Of a stretch of DNA of 64,000 bases, positions 40,124 to 50,113 are shown in pieces. The translations under genes were made by a program, and so were the position numbers. The notes under the pieces were generated by a model, which searched no databases, was not told where the DNA came from, and saw only the letters and a program-made list of their open reading frames with translations. The DNA is taken from assembly GCA_964500465.1 (NCBI GenBank), contig CAZCNB010000003.1, positions 13,882 through 77,881 of the forward strand. Reading direction: 5' to 3'. The stretch comes from an uncultured Candidatus Saccharibacteria bacterium. Lineage in GTDB: Bacteria > Patescibacteriota > Minisyncoccia > Phycocordibacterales > UBA9973. Every line of letters begins with the position of its first letter. Positions within the stretch are counted from its first letter, which is position 1.

Positions 40124-41848
40124 TTACATTTTCTCTGGAGTTTTTACTCCTAGGAGGTAGAGACCATTTTTCATAGTTTGGTAAAATGCTTCAACTATAG
40201 ATATACGATATGGAGCAAAAGGATCATTTTTATTTACTATAATAGTGTTACCATAGAAAGTATTAAACGCGCTTGCAAGCTCAGTTAGATATGTAGATAT
40301 GTGATGAGGTTCAAGAGTAAGATAAGATCTTTCTACGATTTCAGGGAATTGGTAAATCATTTTCTCAAGATTTGTAATTTCTATTGGTACATCTTTGTAT
40401 GATACACAAATACCTTCTAATTCCCCTTTTTTGATAATAGAATTTGCTCGGACTGCTGTGTATTGAAGATATGGACCAGAATCTCCTTCAAAAGATATAG
40501 ACTTTTCAAAATCATAAATAATATCCGAACCAAGTGAAGATTTAAGAATTGAATATTTTAGAGCTGATACTCCTACAATTTCAGATATTTCTTTTTTCTC
40601 TTCATCATTTAGTTCACGATCTTTTACTTTTTCATAAACTACTTCCATAGAATCATTTAATAGGGATTCACCTGTAACAACATTACCCTTTCTTGAAGAC
40701 ATCTTGCCCGAAGCAAGGCGCATCATCCCGTGAGTAATATGCTTCATGCGAGATTCATAATCAGGGTGAATAAGTGATACTGCTTTTTGAACAACTTTCA
40801 TATACTCACCTTGCTCTATTGCCGTCGTGATGATAGAAATATCTGGATTTTCTTTTTCAAATTTAGTAACAGTCAATCCAACTTCTTTTGTTTCATAGAG
40901 TGGTATCCCAAGTGAAGTGATAAATACACGGGTATGTAACTTGGGGTCATAGTTCTCTGCGTGAAATACAATAGCACCATCACTCTCTGTAAATACATTG
41001 CCAATATTTTCTCGGACAATTTTTTCTCCTATTGGAGCCATTTCACTTTCGAAGAAATAGTAGTTAAACTTTGTACCTAATTTCTTGTATATTTCTTCAA
41101 ATGCACGGAGTGTAATATCTCGACCCCAATCATATATTTTATTTATCTCATTATCAGATCTACTGTAGACTTTTTTGTTTATTTCATCGATTTGTATTTT
41201 AATAGCTTCACTATCTTCATATGCAGTTGCACCTTTTGAATAACATTCCCCTATCCAAAGAGCAAGTTCACTTGCAGGATCTGTTTTTAAAATATTTTCA
41301 TTATATGCTCCATCAGAAAGCCAAAGAATCCCATAAATAGCTTTTGCAACATGTAGGCCTACATCCCCTTGGTAATTTGCACGCACAGTATTTGCACCAG
41401 AGTATTCGACAATTCTAGAAATAGACTCGCCAATTGCGTTACTCATGAGGTGGCCAATATGAAAAGGTTTGAAAGGATTTGGCTGAGTATATTCAACCAT
41501 TACTTTTTTGCCAGATAAAAGATTATTATTTCCCCAGTTTTCTTTTTGTTTAAGAACTTCTTTTATACTATCTACAAAAAACTCATGTGATAAATAGAAA
41601 TTTATAAAACCAGCACCAGCAACTTCTATCTTTGATATTTCTTTTAGATTCTCTTTTTCAATTTCAGTTTTAATCTTTTCAGCAAGTTCTCTTGGACTTG
41701 TTCCTAGTTTTTTGGCATGTGCCATAGCAACATTGGTCGAATAATCACCATTATTTAAATCAGCTGGATGTTCAAGCGAAACATTCTGGGCTTCTATCCC
41801 AAGATTGCTTAAAGCATTTTTTATTAAAATTTCTATCTTTCTTTTCAT
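40124..41848 (-). CDS. argS: Arginyl-tRNA synthetase
   Basis: GDYSTN, AGAGFINF, EYTQPNPFKPFHIGH, KMSSRKG, GDSGPYLQY; ATG at 41848. Confidence 0.96.
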   Translation of the reverse strand: MKRKIEILIKNALSNLGIEAQNVSLEHPADLNNGDYSTNVAMAHAKKLGTSPRELAEKIKTEIEKENLKEISKIEVAGAGFINFYLSHEFFVDSIKEVLKQKENWGNNNLLSGKKVMVEYTQPNPFKPFHIGHLMSNAIGESISRIVEYSGANTVRANYQGDVGLHVAKAIYGILWLSDGAYNENILKTDPASELALWIGECYSKGATAYEDSEAIKIQIDEINKKVYSRSDNEINKIYDWGRDITLRAFEEIYKKLGTKFNYYFFESEMAPIGEKIVRENIGNVFTESDGAIVFHAENYDPKLHTRVFITSLGIPLYETKEVGLTVTKFEKENPDISIITTAIEQGEYMKVVQKAVSLIHPDYESRMKHITHGMMRLASGKMSSRKGNVVTGESLLNDSMEVVYEKVKDRELNDEEKKEISEIVGVSALKYSILKSSLGSDIIYDFEKSISFEGDSGPYLQYTAVRANSIIKKGELEGICVSYKDVPIEITNLEKMIYQFPEIVERSYLTLEPHHISTYLTELASAFNTFYGNTIIVNKNDPFAPYRISIVEAFYQTMKNGLYLLGVKTPEKM

Positions 41849-41849
41849 A

Positions 41850-42278
41850 TTATTTATGACCAGTTGAACCAAAGCCTCCTCTGCTCTCATCTTTCATTTT
41901 ATCAACTTCTTCCCACTCTCCTATATCTACTCTTACAAAAGCGCCTTGGCCGATTCGTTCACCTTTTTCTATCTTAACATCATTGTCAGTCAAATTATAA
42001 ACCTGTAACAAAATCTCATCTTGCTCACCATGGTAATCGTTGTCTATATATCCAGTAGTCACAAGTAAACCCTTTTTCTTTAGAGTACTAGAGCGATCTT
42101 TTATCTCAAGCATATAACCTTTTGGAATTTCAATTATTACATTAGTAGGCAATCTCTCTAATCCTCTTGGCTTGATTACAGCATCAACACGTGAGTATAA
42201 ATCAAAAGCAACAGCACCAGATGTCTGATATTCAGGTAGTGGTAATGTATTATCGATTCTTTTAATATTTACTTTCAT
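41850..42278 (-). CDS. dut: dUTPase (trimeric)
   Basis: AFDL, RSS, G.IDNDYHG, GERIGQ, RGGFGSTG. Confidence 0.95.
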   Translation of the reverse strand: MKVNIKRIDNTLPLPEYQTSGAVAFDLYSRVDAVIKPRGLERLPTNVIIEIPKGYMLEIKDRSSTLKKKGLLVTTGYIDNDYHGEQDEILLQVYNLTDNDVKIEKGERIGQGAFVRVDIGEWEEVDKMKDESRGGFGSTGHK

Positions 42279-42769
42279 TTTATTTCTAAAAAGAATTCTT
42301 TTAATAATTCTAGCGCATGAACGAAATCCTCTGGTTTTGTGTTAAGTAAGTTTTTTAATTCTTCTTTTGAAAACCACTTTACTTGCTCGAGTTCATTTTC
42401 TTGAATCTTAAATTTTGTATCCTTGGATATTTGCAGATTGTAAAAATAACAAAATTTGCTACCAGTTCGTGAGGTGTATAAAATTTTTTTAATTGGTTTG
42501 AGCGTAACACCTGTAATACCTAATTCTTCTTCTAATTCTTTATATGCATTGCTTTCATAAGTTTCCCCTTCTTCTACAGTACCTGCAACCCCAGGGCCCC
42601 ACAAACCAGGACTATGTTTCTTCTTAAATGATCTTTGAGCCATCAATATATTGTCGTTTCCATCTGTAATCCAAATAGCAGTAATGCGAACAATTTCGCC
42701 AGCTATTACATCATTTCTATCTTTATATTCTATTACTTCATCTTGATCATTTACTATCGGAATCTTCAT
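42275..42769 (-). CDS. NUDIX hydrolase (IDI/YfcD-like)
   Basis: QRS..K..PGLW..AGTVEEGETY...AYKELEEELG. Confidence 0.88.
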   Translation of the reverse strand: MKIPIVNDQDEVIEYKDRNDVIAGEIVRITAIWITDGNDNILMAQRSFKKKHSPGLWGPGVAGTVEEGETYESNAYKELEEELGITGVTLKPIKKILYTSRTGSKFCYFYNLQISKDTKFKIQENELEQVKWFSKEELKNLLNTKPEDFVHALELLKEFFLEIK

Positions 42770-42805
42770 TAAATAAATATATCATGAATAGAGCTGTGAG
42801 TTTAT

Positions 42806-42834
42806 TTGACACAGTAGGTTTTAAATGATATAAT
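42806..42834 (+). promoter_or_regulatory. Perfect consensus sigma70 promoter
   Basis: TTGACA (42806-42811), 17 nt, TATAAT (42829-42834). Confidence 0.88.
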
Positions 42835-42907
42835 GTAAAGAAATTTTTTATTGTTTTCCAAAGAAGATAGAAATCTGTCTTTTTCGGTAAAAAATAAAGA
42901 ATCTGTT

Positions 42908-43021
42908 ATGGGAAGAGTAAAAACAAAAGCCCGTTTAGATGCCGACCAAGATGGCTCTCGCCGTCGTAATGGATACACTCCGTATCCAAAAAAAATAAGG
43001 CACAGAAAGGGCAAGAGATGA
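42908..43021 (+). CDS. Small basic protein, 37 aa (MGRVKTKARLDADQDGSRRRNGYTPYPKKIRHRKGKR)
   Basis: Below ORF-track cutoff; lies between a perfect promoter and a terminator-like hairpin at ~43031-43060. Confidence 0.6.
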   Translation: MGRVKTKARLDADQDGSRRRNGYTPYPKKIRHRKGKR

Positions 43022-43054
43022 CAACAATAGAGGCTAGCCGTAAGGTAATGCCTT

Positions 43055-43750
43055 TTATTTTTTAAGTAATATTTTCACTTTTTTATAAATTTCTTCGTGT
43101 ATATCTTCCCTAGTACGAACATTTTTACCGTCCGCACAATCTATTTTTTTAAAATATTTTAAAGTTTTTGAAAGCCATAGGGCGCTTTCACGAGAATTCT
43201 TTTGAAATTCTTTGTCAACTTCATGCACATCACTTCTACCCCCAGTATAGTTTCTCTTAGAGGTTGCATTTCTTTCCTTCATCATTTTAATAGAGACTTC
43301 AAGTGGGACGGATAAATATAAAACTACATCTGGTCTAGGGATTTTAAAAACTTTATGCTCCATAATATCGAGCCACTTTATAAATTCAGCTCTCTTTTTT
43401 GCATTTTTTATTTTTCCTCCTTGGTGAATTTGATTTGCAGAAACATATCTATTTGCAATTACCAGATACCCTTTCGCAAGCCAACCTTCGATCTCTTTTG
43501 ATGATTCCCATCTGTCAGCGGCGTAGAGTACCGATGCAATCTTTGGATGAACTTTTACAAAATTATAATATTGCTCAGAAAGGCAGTGGCCAATAAACTT
43601 ACCGAAAAAGTTTTTATAATATTCTGGAAAATCTACATTCTTTATTTTATATCCTTCCTTCTTTAGTCTTTCAGAAAGTAGAGCAACCTGTGTAGCTTTA
43701 CCACTTCCATCTGTACCATCTATAACTATAAATTTCCCCTTTTTTACCAT
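43055..43750 (-). CDS. tmk: Thymidylate kinase
   Basis: FIVIDGTDGSGKATQ, LYAADR, NRY..AN, PD..LYL. Confidence 0.9.
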   Translation of the reverse strand: MVKKGKFIVIDGTDGSGKATQVALLSERLKKEGYKIKNVDFPEYYKNFFGKFIGHCLSEQYYNFVKVHPKIASVLYAADRWESSKEIEGWLAKGYLVIANRYVSANQIHQGGKIKNAKKRAEFIKWLDIMEHKVFKIPRPDVVLYLSVPLEVSIKMMKERNATSKRNYTGGRSDVHEVDKEFQKNSRESALWLSKTLKYFKKIDCADGKNVRTREDIHEEIYKKVKILLKK

Positions 43751-43847
43751 AAAGCCATTATATAGGAGTAGTTTAAATAAGCCAAAATATCTTTATTTAC
43801 TTTATTTGAAATAGTGGTAATATGTCGATAAATCAAAACTAAAGTAT

Positions 43848-44411
43848 ATGATAGACAAACAACTAGAGTTGGGTGTCTGTCTGATACTCAACCAAGCACA
43901 AAGCCTTTTTCAAAAAAAGACTCAGGACTATGGAACTATATCTTGGCGAATTCTCAGAATGATATCATTGGCTGATCAGCTTTTCATAAAAGCTAAACGT
44001 ATTGGCGAAATATCAACTGGTATACAAAAAGTTACTGGTCCTGGTAATGACATAGAAAGTGAGTTCATAGGACTTATAAACTATGCTGTAATTGGAATGA
44101 TACAAAATAGGTTTGAAGAGTTACAGCCAGGGGAAAAACCTATGCCTGCAGAAGAAGCAATAAGTAACTACTCAGATATAGCTGACAAATTCTATAGTTA
44201 TTTCAAAAACCAACACGCTTACCTTGCAGATAAAATCCAAGGATATAGCACAAAAAAGTTCTCTGAAAAACTACAGATAAAATGCCAGAGGATTAAATAC
44301 ATATCCAAAATAAAAAATGAAGGTGCGCGCAAGATTGTTTTATTCGGTGCCTTTATGGAAATATTATTTTGGTCAACAGTTGGCCACGTAGCCTACAAAT
44401 CCACGCAATGA
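43848..44411 (+). CDS. DUF1599 (nucleotide-modification-associated) family protein
   Basis: KK.QDYG..WRILR..SL.DQ.FIKA.RI..EFIG.INY pattern recalled from Bacteroidota DUF1599 proteins. Confidence 0.7.
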   Translation: MIDKQLELGVCLILNQAQSLFQKKTQDYGTISWRILRMISLADQLFIKAKRIGEISTGIQKVTGPGNDIESEFIGLINYAVIGMIQNRFEELQPGEKPMPAEEAISNYSDIADKFYSYFKNQHAYLADKIQGYSTKKFSEKLQIKCQRIKYISKIKNEGARKIVLFGAFMEILFWSTVGHVAYKSTQ

Positions 44412-44438
44412 TTCTAAATAAATCAACGCGTGGTATTT

Positions 44439-44871
44439 TTATTTCTTATCGTAGTAATTTTTACCTGTTTTATATGCATCTATCGCATGAGTACAGAAAC
44501 TAAATACCGGTGGAGGAATATTATCTATATCGCACCATTCCCAATTCTCACGTTTTTCTGGTTCCATAACTTTTGGTTCACCACTCTCCCAATCTGCAGT
44601 AAGTTCTATATTAACATAATGATGTGGTTCATAGGCAGTTACATTTTCAACTGCTAAAAATCTAACATTTTTAATAGTTACCCCCGGCTTCTTCTAAAGT
44701 CTCACGCTTTGCACAATCTTCAAATGATTCTCCGAAATCTAGATGCCCTCCTGGGAATGCATATTCACCCGCCCCATGTGAACCCTTACGTCTTCCCATA
44801 AGAACTTTTCCATCTTTGAAGATCATTATCCCAACACCTACTCTAATTTTTCCAAGATCGTTATTACTCAT
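44439..44871 (-). pseudogene. NUDT15/MTH2-like NUDIX hydrolase interrupted by one extra G
   Basis: [30 protein letters not shown], then GGGGG (44681-44685); removing one G continues [26 protein letters not shown] to 44439. Confidence 0.85.
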
Positions 44872-44872
44872 T

Positions 44873-45286
44873 TTACTCTTTAAAAATACTTTCTAAAATT
44901 TTTTTTATATCTTCTCTAGTTTCATAAGGAAATATTTCGCAGTGTGGACTGCCAACTATCATAGATGATACCCTTTTGCCCGGAGTATTATGATATAAAC
45001 AACAAATCCTTTTATTTAAATTCTCAGCATATGATATCTCATACCCAACACCAAGCGAAGGTGTAGTAATATCGGCTATTATTATTTCTGAATCTTTTAT
45101 TAGTGCAACATCTCGATCATATATCTCTTTATCTGTCATACCAACAGTCCCATAGCTTGTCAGATTTTTATCTGAAACAAACTCTGTGAGAACTTCACCG
45201 TATCCTTGCAAAAGTCCTACGATATATTCATACCATTCTTGATGTTCTCTACCTCCTTTGATTGACCCTGAAAAATATATTTTCAT
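44873..45286 (-). CDS. 2'-deoxynucleoside 5'-phosphate N-hydrolase (DNPH1/Rcl, NDT family)
   Basis: [36 protein letters not shown]. Confidence 0.88.
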   Translation of the reverse strand: MKIYFSGSIKGGREHQEWYEYIVGLLQGYGEVLTEFVSDKNLTSYGTVGMTDKEIYDRDVALIKDSEIIIADITTPSLGVGYEISYAENLNKRICCLYHNTPGKRVSSMIVGSPHCEIFPYETREDIKKILESIFKE

Positions 45287-45289
45287 AAA

Positions 45290-45757
45290 TTATTTATCAC
45301 TTAGTTCTTTTAAGGCTTCTTCTGCGTAAAATTTAATATTTGGAACCAAATCCATAATTTGTAAATCTTCCATTGTTGCCCATTTTATTTCTGATCCTTT
45401 TTCGTGTTCAAGAATAGAATCTGATATAACATCGGTATTTGATTTAGCAAAATACACATGCACCAGGTGCTCATGAGTATCATTCACTCTATGGCGACCT
45501 AGATATTGCGGGGGCATGATTATCTTGAAATCTTTCTCTCCTAAATCAGGAACAGGTTTACCTATAAGCTCTATATCAAGCCCAACTTCTTCTTTAACTT
45601 CACGAATTGCTGCTTCTATCGGATCTTCATCAAGTTCAATATGACCACCTACTGAACACCAGACATTGTATTTGTCATGCATACGAAGAAGGACTTTGTC
45701 TTTGTAGACGATAAATACTTCTACTGTAAAATCTATTTTTTCGTGAATGTGGGGCAT
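45290..45757 (-). CDS. NUDIX hydrolase
   Basis: GGHIELDEDPIEAAIREVKEEVG Nudix box. Confidence 0.9.
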   Translation of the reverse strand: MPHIHEKIDFTVEVFIVYKDKVLLRMHDKYNVWCSVGGHIELDEDPIEAAIREVKEEVGLDIELIGKPVPDLGEKDFKIIMPPQYLGRHRVNDTHEHLVHVYFAKSNTDVISDSILEHEKGSEIKWATMEDLQIMDLVPNIKFYAEEALKELSDK

Positions 45758-45758
45758 G

Positions 45759-46157
45759 TTATTTAATTAGCTTAATAACTTCTTTAAAATATATATCCAT
45801 CGGTTCTAATTTTTCGATTTCTTCTATTGAAAACCATCCATATTGATCGTGTTCATCGCTGATAACTACTTCTCCATCTGCTTCACCTATATAAGTAAGT
45901 CTTAAAACATGTCTACCTTCTACACGTAGTATATCTTGAGCTTCGATCAATTTTGGTTTTCCATTTATTTCAAGACCAGTTTCTTCCATTACCTCCCTTT
46001 TTAGATTGTCTACCAGAGTGCTTCCCGGATCAATCCGTCCGCCGACTATATCCCATTTTGCTCCAACCTCTGGATACTTTTCTGCCGAACGTCTAACAAG
46101 GAGATATTTTCCTTCTTTATTCTTCAGCAAAATTTTTACACCAACTTGGAGATCCAT
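45759..46157 (-). CDS. NUDIX hydrolase
   Basis: WDIVGGRIDPG...LKREVMEETG, SDEH. Confidence 0.9.
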   Translation of the reverse strand: MDLQVGVKILLKNKEGKYLLVRRSAEKYPEVGAKWDIVGGRIDPGSTLVDNLKREVMEETGLEINGKPKLIEAQDILRVEGRHVLRLTYIGEADGEVVISDEHDQYGWFSIEEIEKLEPMDIYFKEVIKLIK

Positions 46158-46158
46158 G

Positions 46159-47337
46159 CTATTTCTTTCCTTTTAAAATTTTATCGATCTTGTGAGCGAT
46201 CTTTTTCATATCCTTTTCTTTCTTGCCAATTGTGGTTTCTGCACAAGTACCAAGACGAATTCCCGATGGATCCATTACAGAACGAGGGTCTCCTGGAATT
46301 GTATTCATATTTACTATAATCCCAGCTTTCTCTAGTCTTTTACTTGCTTCACTACCAGAAACACCTTTGCCGTTCATCCATGTATCCATAAGGATTAGAT
46401 GGGAATCTGTACCTCCAGAGATAATATGCCATCCAAGTTTTTGAAGTTCGTTTGCAAGAGTTTGAGCATTTTTAACAACTTGTTTTGCATACTTTTTGAA
46501 AGCCGGAGTATCTGCTTCCTTCAGTGCAATTGCAACAGCTGCGATATTGTTCTCATGCGGACCACCAAATAGCCCTGGTATTACCATCTTATCTAACTTT
46601 TTATCAAATTCTCGAGAATCTTTTTTTACAAATAGAAGTGCTTGCCTCGGACCACGAAGAGATTTGTGAGTTGTTGTCATTACAGAATCTGCATATGGAA
46701 ATGGTGATGGATATACTCCTCCCGCAACCAAACCTGCGAAGTGTGACATATCTACGTGAAGAAGTGCACCACATTTATCTGCAATCGCACGAAACTTTTT
46801 AAAATCTACAGTTCTTGGATATGCAGTAAATCCTGCAACAATAATATCTGGACGTTCAACTTGAGCAAGTGACTCGAGTGCTTTGTAATCAATAATTTCT
46901 GATTTAGGATCAAGTTCAAATTGAAGTGGTTTCCAAAGTTTACCTGTCATAGAAAGAGGGTGGCCGTGAGTAAGGTGCCCGCCAGAAGTTAACTTCATGC
47001 CCATTATTTTTCCACCTAGTGGAACTAGTGCTGAGTAAAGTGCAAAGTTTGCAGGACTACCCGAAAGAAGTTGCGCATTTACATGCCAATTTTCTTTTTT
47101 AAGTTTGAAAAGTTTTAGTGCACGATCAATACAAAGTTGTTCAACTTTATCGATAACTTCATTCCCGCCATAGTATCTACGACCCGGGTAACCTTCTGCG
47201 TATTTGTTTGTAAGTTTGGAGCCGAGAGCTTTTAATACATCATCGGAAACATAGTTTTCAGAGGCAATAAGATTGATAACACTTTTCTGTCTTTTTTCTT
47301 CTGCTTTTATTAATTTTTCTACTTGTTTGTCTTTCAT
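46159..47337 (-). CDS. glyA: Serine hydroxymethyltransferase
   Basis: LIASEN, NKYAEGYPG.RYYGG, GGHLTHG, TTTHKSLRGPR. Confidence 0.96.
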   Translation of the reverse strand: MKDKQVEKLIKAEEKRQKSVINLIASENYVSDDVLKALGSKLTNKYAEGYPGRRYYGGNEVIDKVEQLCIDRALKLFKLKKENWHVNAQLLSGSPANFALYSALVPLGGKIMGMKLTSGGHLTHGHPLSMTGKLWKPLQFELDPKSEIIDYKALESLAQVERPDIIVAGFTAYPRTVDFKKFRAIADKCGALLHVDMSHFAGLVAGGVYPSPFPYADSVMTTTHKSLRGPRQALLFVKKDSREFDKKLDKMVIPGLFGGPHENNIAAVAIALKEADTPAFKKYAKQVVKNAQTLANELQKLGWHIISGGTDSHLILMDTWMNGKGVSGSEASKRLEKAGIIVNMNTIPGDPRSVMDPSGIRLGTCAETTIGKKEKDMKKIAHKIDKILKGKK

Positions 47338-47441
47338 AGTTTAAATAGCGCGTTGCGCATTAGTTTGGTAAATTTAGGATTTTGGAGTTAGATCATATAT
47401 TTTAAAGCTTTTTAATGAACTTATTTTAGCACGTTTGAATT

Positions 47442-48188
47442 TTATAAGAAAATTAGCTTAAAAGCTGTTCCAAGTATAAGAATTCCTATGATTGGCTTCA
47501 ACCAAGCGTTTCCTTTTTTGATAGAAAAAGCAGTTCCAAGATAGCCTCCTACCATCATTCCAAAAAACATTATAATTGCATACTTATAATTAATTAATCC
47601 AGAGATTGCAAATACAACAACTGAACTTATTATGCTTAATAAAAGAGGAATACGAGTAACTGCCTTACCTTGAAGAAGAGTAAATCCATAACCTCGGGTA
47701 CGTACGTAGATATCAATAAAACCTGATCCAGGACTAAAGAAGCCAGACCAAGCTTGAGAAATAAAGTATGCAACATGAGAAAGTATTCTACGTTTACCTG
47801 TAGCCCTATTAGCTTTTAAACCTAAATCCTTTTGAATAAAAAACAATGGAAGTATAATTAACAAAATAAATCCAATTAATTTTTCAAGGACATCAGGTTT
47901 AATTGACACAACAATACGACTTCCTATTACTGATGCTGGTACACTTATAAGTGTAAGAATAATTACATCTCTTTTTAAAACACCCATATTGTTACTTTTT
48001 GCGAAACGTATAATATTACCAATCTTAGCCCCAACATCTCCAAAATTTAATGTACCTAGAGCAATGTGTGGGGGTATACCTATAAATAGAAGCGCAGAAA
48101 CCCCTACTAATCCTGACCCAGCAGCAACACTGCCAATAAAGGAAGCAACAAGACCTGAGATAAAAATAAATATTTCTGTATAAAACAT
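47442..48188 (-). CDS. TauE/SafE family membrane protein
   Basis: AAGSGL..P..ALGT, GFFSPGSG, GGYLG two-fold pattern. Confidence 0.8.
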   Translation of the reverse strand: MFYTEIFIFISGLVASFIGSVAAGSGLVGVSALLFIGIPPHIALGTLNFGDVGAKIGNIIRFAKSNNMGVLKRDVIILTLISVPASVIGSRIVVSIKPDVLEKLIGFILLIILPLFFIQKDLGLKANRATGKRRILSHVAYFISQAWSGFFSPGSGFIDIYVRTRGYGFTLLQGKAVTRIPLLLSIISSVVVFAISGLINYKYAIIMFFGMMVGGYLGTAFSIKKGNAWLKPIIGILILGTAFKLIFL

Positions 48189-48282
48189 TTCTAGTTTTCA
48201 AGAAATCAAATAATAGAGCAGACTCCTTAATTCATTGATTTTAGCATGTTGAACAAGAAAGCAAAAACTGTATAATGGGGTT

Positions 48283-49248
48283 ATGAAAACCTACGAATAT
48301 GATAAAAATCCAGACAAAGAATACCTATCTTTAATGAAGCATATATTAGAGAATGGTGTAGATCGTGAAGAACGTACTGGTGTAGGAACTCGTAGTGTGT
48401 TTGGACACCAAGTAAGATTTGATTTATCTAAAGGATTCCCTCTTTTAACAACTAAAAAAGTTTTTATGCGTGGAATAATTCATGAGCTTCTTTGGTTCTT
48501 AACTGGAGATACAAATATAAAATACCTTGTACGTAACGATGTAAAAATTTGGAACGAGTGGGCCTTTCAAGTTTACTTAGAAAAAAATGACCTTACTAAA
48601 ACATTACCACGCTATTCACCAGAGTGGACAGAAAAACTAGAATGGTTTGTACAACAAATAAAAGAGAGTGATGAGTTCGCAAGTGCTTGGGGCGAACTCG
48701 GTCCGATATATGGTAAACAGTGGAGGGATTGGGAAACCCCAAAAGGAGGGCACATCGATCAGATCCAGAATATTATTGATATGTTAAAAAATGATCCTTC
48801 ATCTCGTAGGATAATTGTAAGTGGTTGGAATGTTGGAGAAATATATGACTTAATACACGATCATAATCATGCTCCACCTCCATGCCACTCTCTATTTCAA
48901 TTCCATGTATTAAATGGCAAATTATCACTTCAACTTTACCAAAGAAGTGCTGACTACTTTTTAGGAGTACCGTTTAATATTGCTTCTTACTCTCTTCTAC
49001 TTATGATGGTAGCGCAAGTTACTGGATATGAAGTTGGTGAATTTGTATGGACTGGAGCAGATGTACACTTATATCTAAATCATCTTGATCAAGCTAAATT
49101 ACAGATTTCTAGAGAAAATGATATTCGCCCTTCCCCAACTATGAAAATAAATCCTAATGTTAAAAATATATTTGATTTCAAGTTCGAAGATTTTGAACTA
49201 GTGGATTATAACCCTCATGATGCTATCAAAGCACCTATTGCTGTATAA
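48283..49248 (+). CDS. thyA: Thymidylate synthase
   Basis: [40 protein letters not shown]. Confidence 0.97.
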   Translation: MKTYEYDKNPDKEYLSLMKHILENGVDREERTGVGTRSVFGHQVRFDLSKGFPLLTTKKVFMRGIIHELLWFLTGDTNIKYLVRNDVKIWNEWAFQVYLEKNDLTKTLPRYSPEWTEKLEWFVQQIKESDEFASAWGELGPIYGKQWRDWETPKGGHIDQIQNIIDMLKNDPSSRRIIVSGWNVGEIYDLIHDHNHAPPPCHSLFQFHVLNGKLSLQLYQRSADYFLGVPFNIASYSLLLMMVAQVTGYEVGEFVWTGADVHLYLNHLDQAKLQISRENDIRPSPTMKINPNVKNIFDFKFEDFELVDYNPHDAIKAPIAV

Positions 49249-49251
49249 AAT

Positions 49252-49764
49252 ATGATTCTTTCTTTAATTGCTGCAGTTGCAAAAAATGGTGTAATCGGAG
49301 GTAGTAATACCCTTCTTTGGAATATAACTGAAGATCTAAAACACTTCAAAGAAAAAACTTCAGGTCACACAGTTATAATGGGAAGAAAAACATTTGAAAG
49401 TATTGGTCGCCCACTTCCAAACAGAAAAAATATAGTTATTACGCGAGATTTAAATTATTTTCAACCAGGAATAGACATTGTTAGCTCACTCGATGAAGCT
49501 TTAAGGATAGCATCACTTGAACAAGGGCGTGGGTTTGAAGAAAACCAAGATGAAGTTGAAGTATTTATCATTGGCGGAGGAGAAATATATAGGCAAGGAA
49601 TAGACAGAGCCAATAAATTATATATTACAGAAGTTCATCAAGATTTTGAAGGTGACACAAGATTTCCCAATATAGATAAAAGCAAATGGAGAGAAACATT
49701 TCGAAAAGATTATCTAGATGCACCAATTCCCTATTCGTTCGTAGAATATAAAAAATCCGCTTAG
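49252..49764 (+). CDS. folA: Dihydrofolate reductase
   Basis: IG..N.L.W..DL..FK..T, MGRKTFESI, PLPNR.N, IIGGGEIY, GDT.FP. Confidence 0.96.
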   Translation: MILSLIAAVAKNGVIGGSNTLLWNITEDLKHFKEKTSGHTVIMGRKTFESIGRPLPNRKNIVITRDLNYFQPGIDIVSSLDEALRIASLEQGRGFEENQDEVEVFIIGGGEIYRQGIDRANKLYITEVHQDFEGDTRFPNIDKSKWRETFRKDYLDAPIPYSFVEYKKSA

Positions 49765-49783
49765 CACTAAGCGGATTTTTTAT
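49748..49783. terminator. Bidirectional terminator
   Basis: AAAAAATCCGCTTAG-CA-CTAAGCGGATTTTTT. Confidence 0.8.
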
Positions 49784-50109
49784 GGATCAATATCAGTTTT
49801 TTCTCTTATAAATATATCTTTTCCATCTGGAGATTTAATCTTTTTATATCTACGATTTTTATTTACTTCTATTTTGCGGACAAGTTCTTTTTCAAGATCA
49901 TATCCAAGTATTTCGCACATACCAAGTAAAAAAACTGCTACATCTGCAAACTCTTCAGCAACACCATCTTGATTTTTATTGAATTTTGAAAATGCTTCAG
50001 AAAGCTCTTCATGAGCACGGCAAAATTCAAGGGCAACGTCAGTAGTATTGAACCCTTTTTCAAGTTTATTACGCATCACTTCTTTTTGTAATTCTTTTAG
50101 GTCAACCAT
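49780..50109 (-). CDS. MazG-like all-alpha NTP pyrophosphatase
   Basis: EELSEA..EEFADV..K...N..R pattern. Confidence 0.85.
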   Translation of the reverse strand: MVDLKELQKEVMRNKLEKGFNTTDVALEFCRAHEELSEAFSKFNKNQDGVAEEFADVAVFLLGMCEILGYDLEKELVRKIEVNKNRRYKKIKSPDGKDIFIREKTDIDP

Positions 50110-50113
50110 ATAT

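Noticed and set aside
39971-40153. 60-aa ORF on + strand
   Set aside because: It overlaps the nested RNA helices, crosses a terminator and runs into the argS stop; better explained as ncRNA.
42802-43014. 70-aa minus-strand ORF
   Set aside because: It is antisense to the promoter, 37-aa ORF and terminator unit, and runs over the promoter itself.
44430-44657. 75-aa + strand ORF
   Set aside because: It is the shadow of the frameshifted C-terminal half of the NUDT15-like gene.
47338-47441. Possible ZMP/THF riboswitch upstream of glyA
   Set aside because: Only a tiny GCGC hairpin is present, with no recognisable aptamer consensus.
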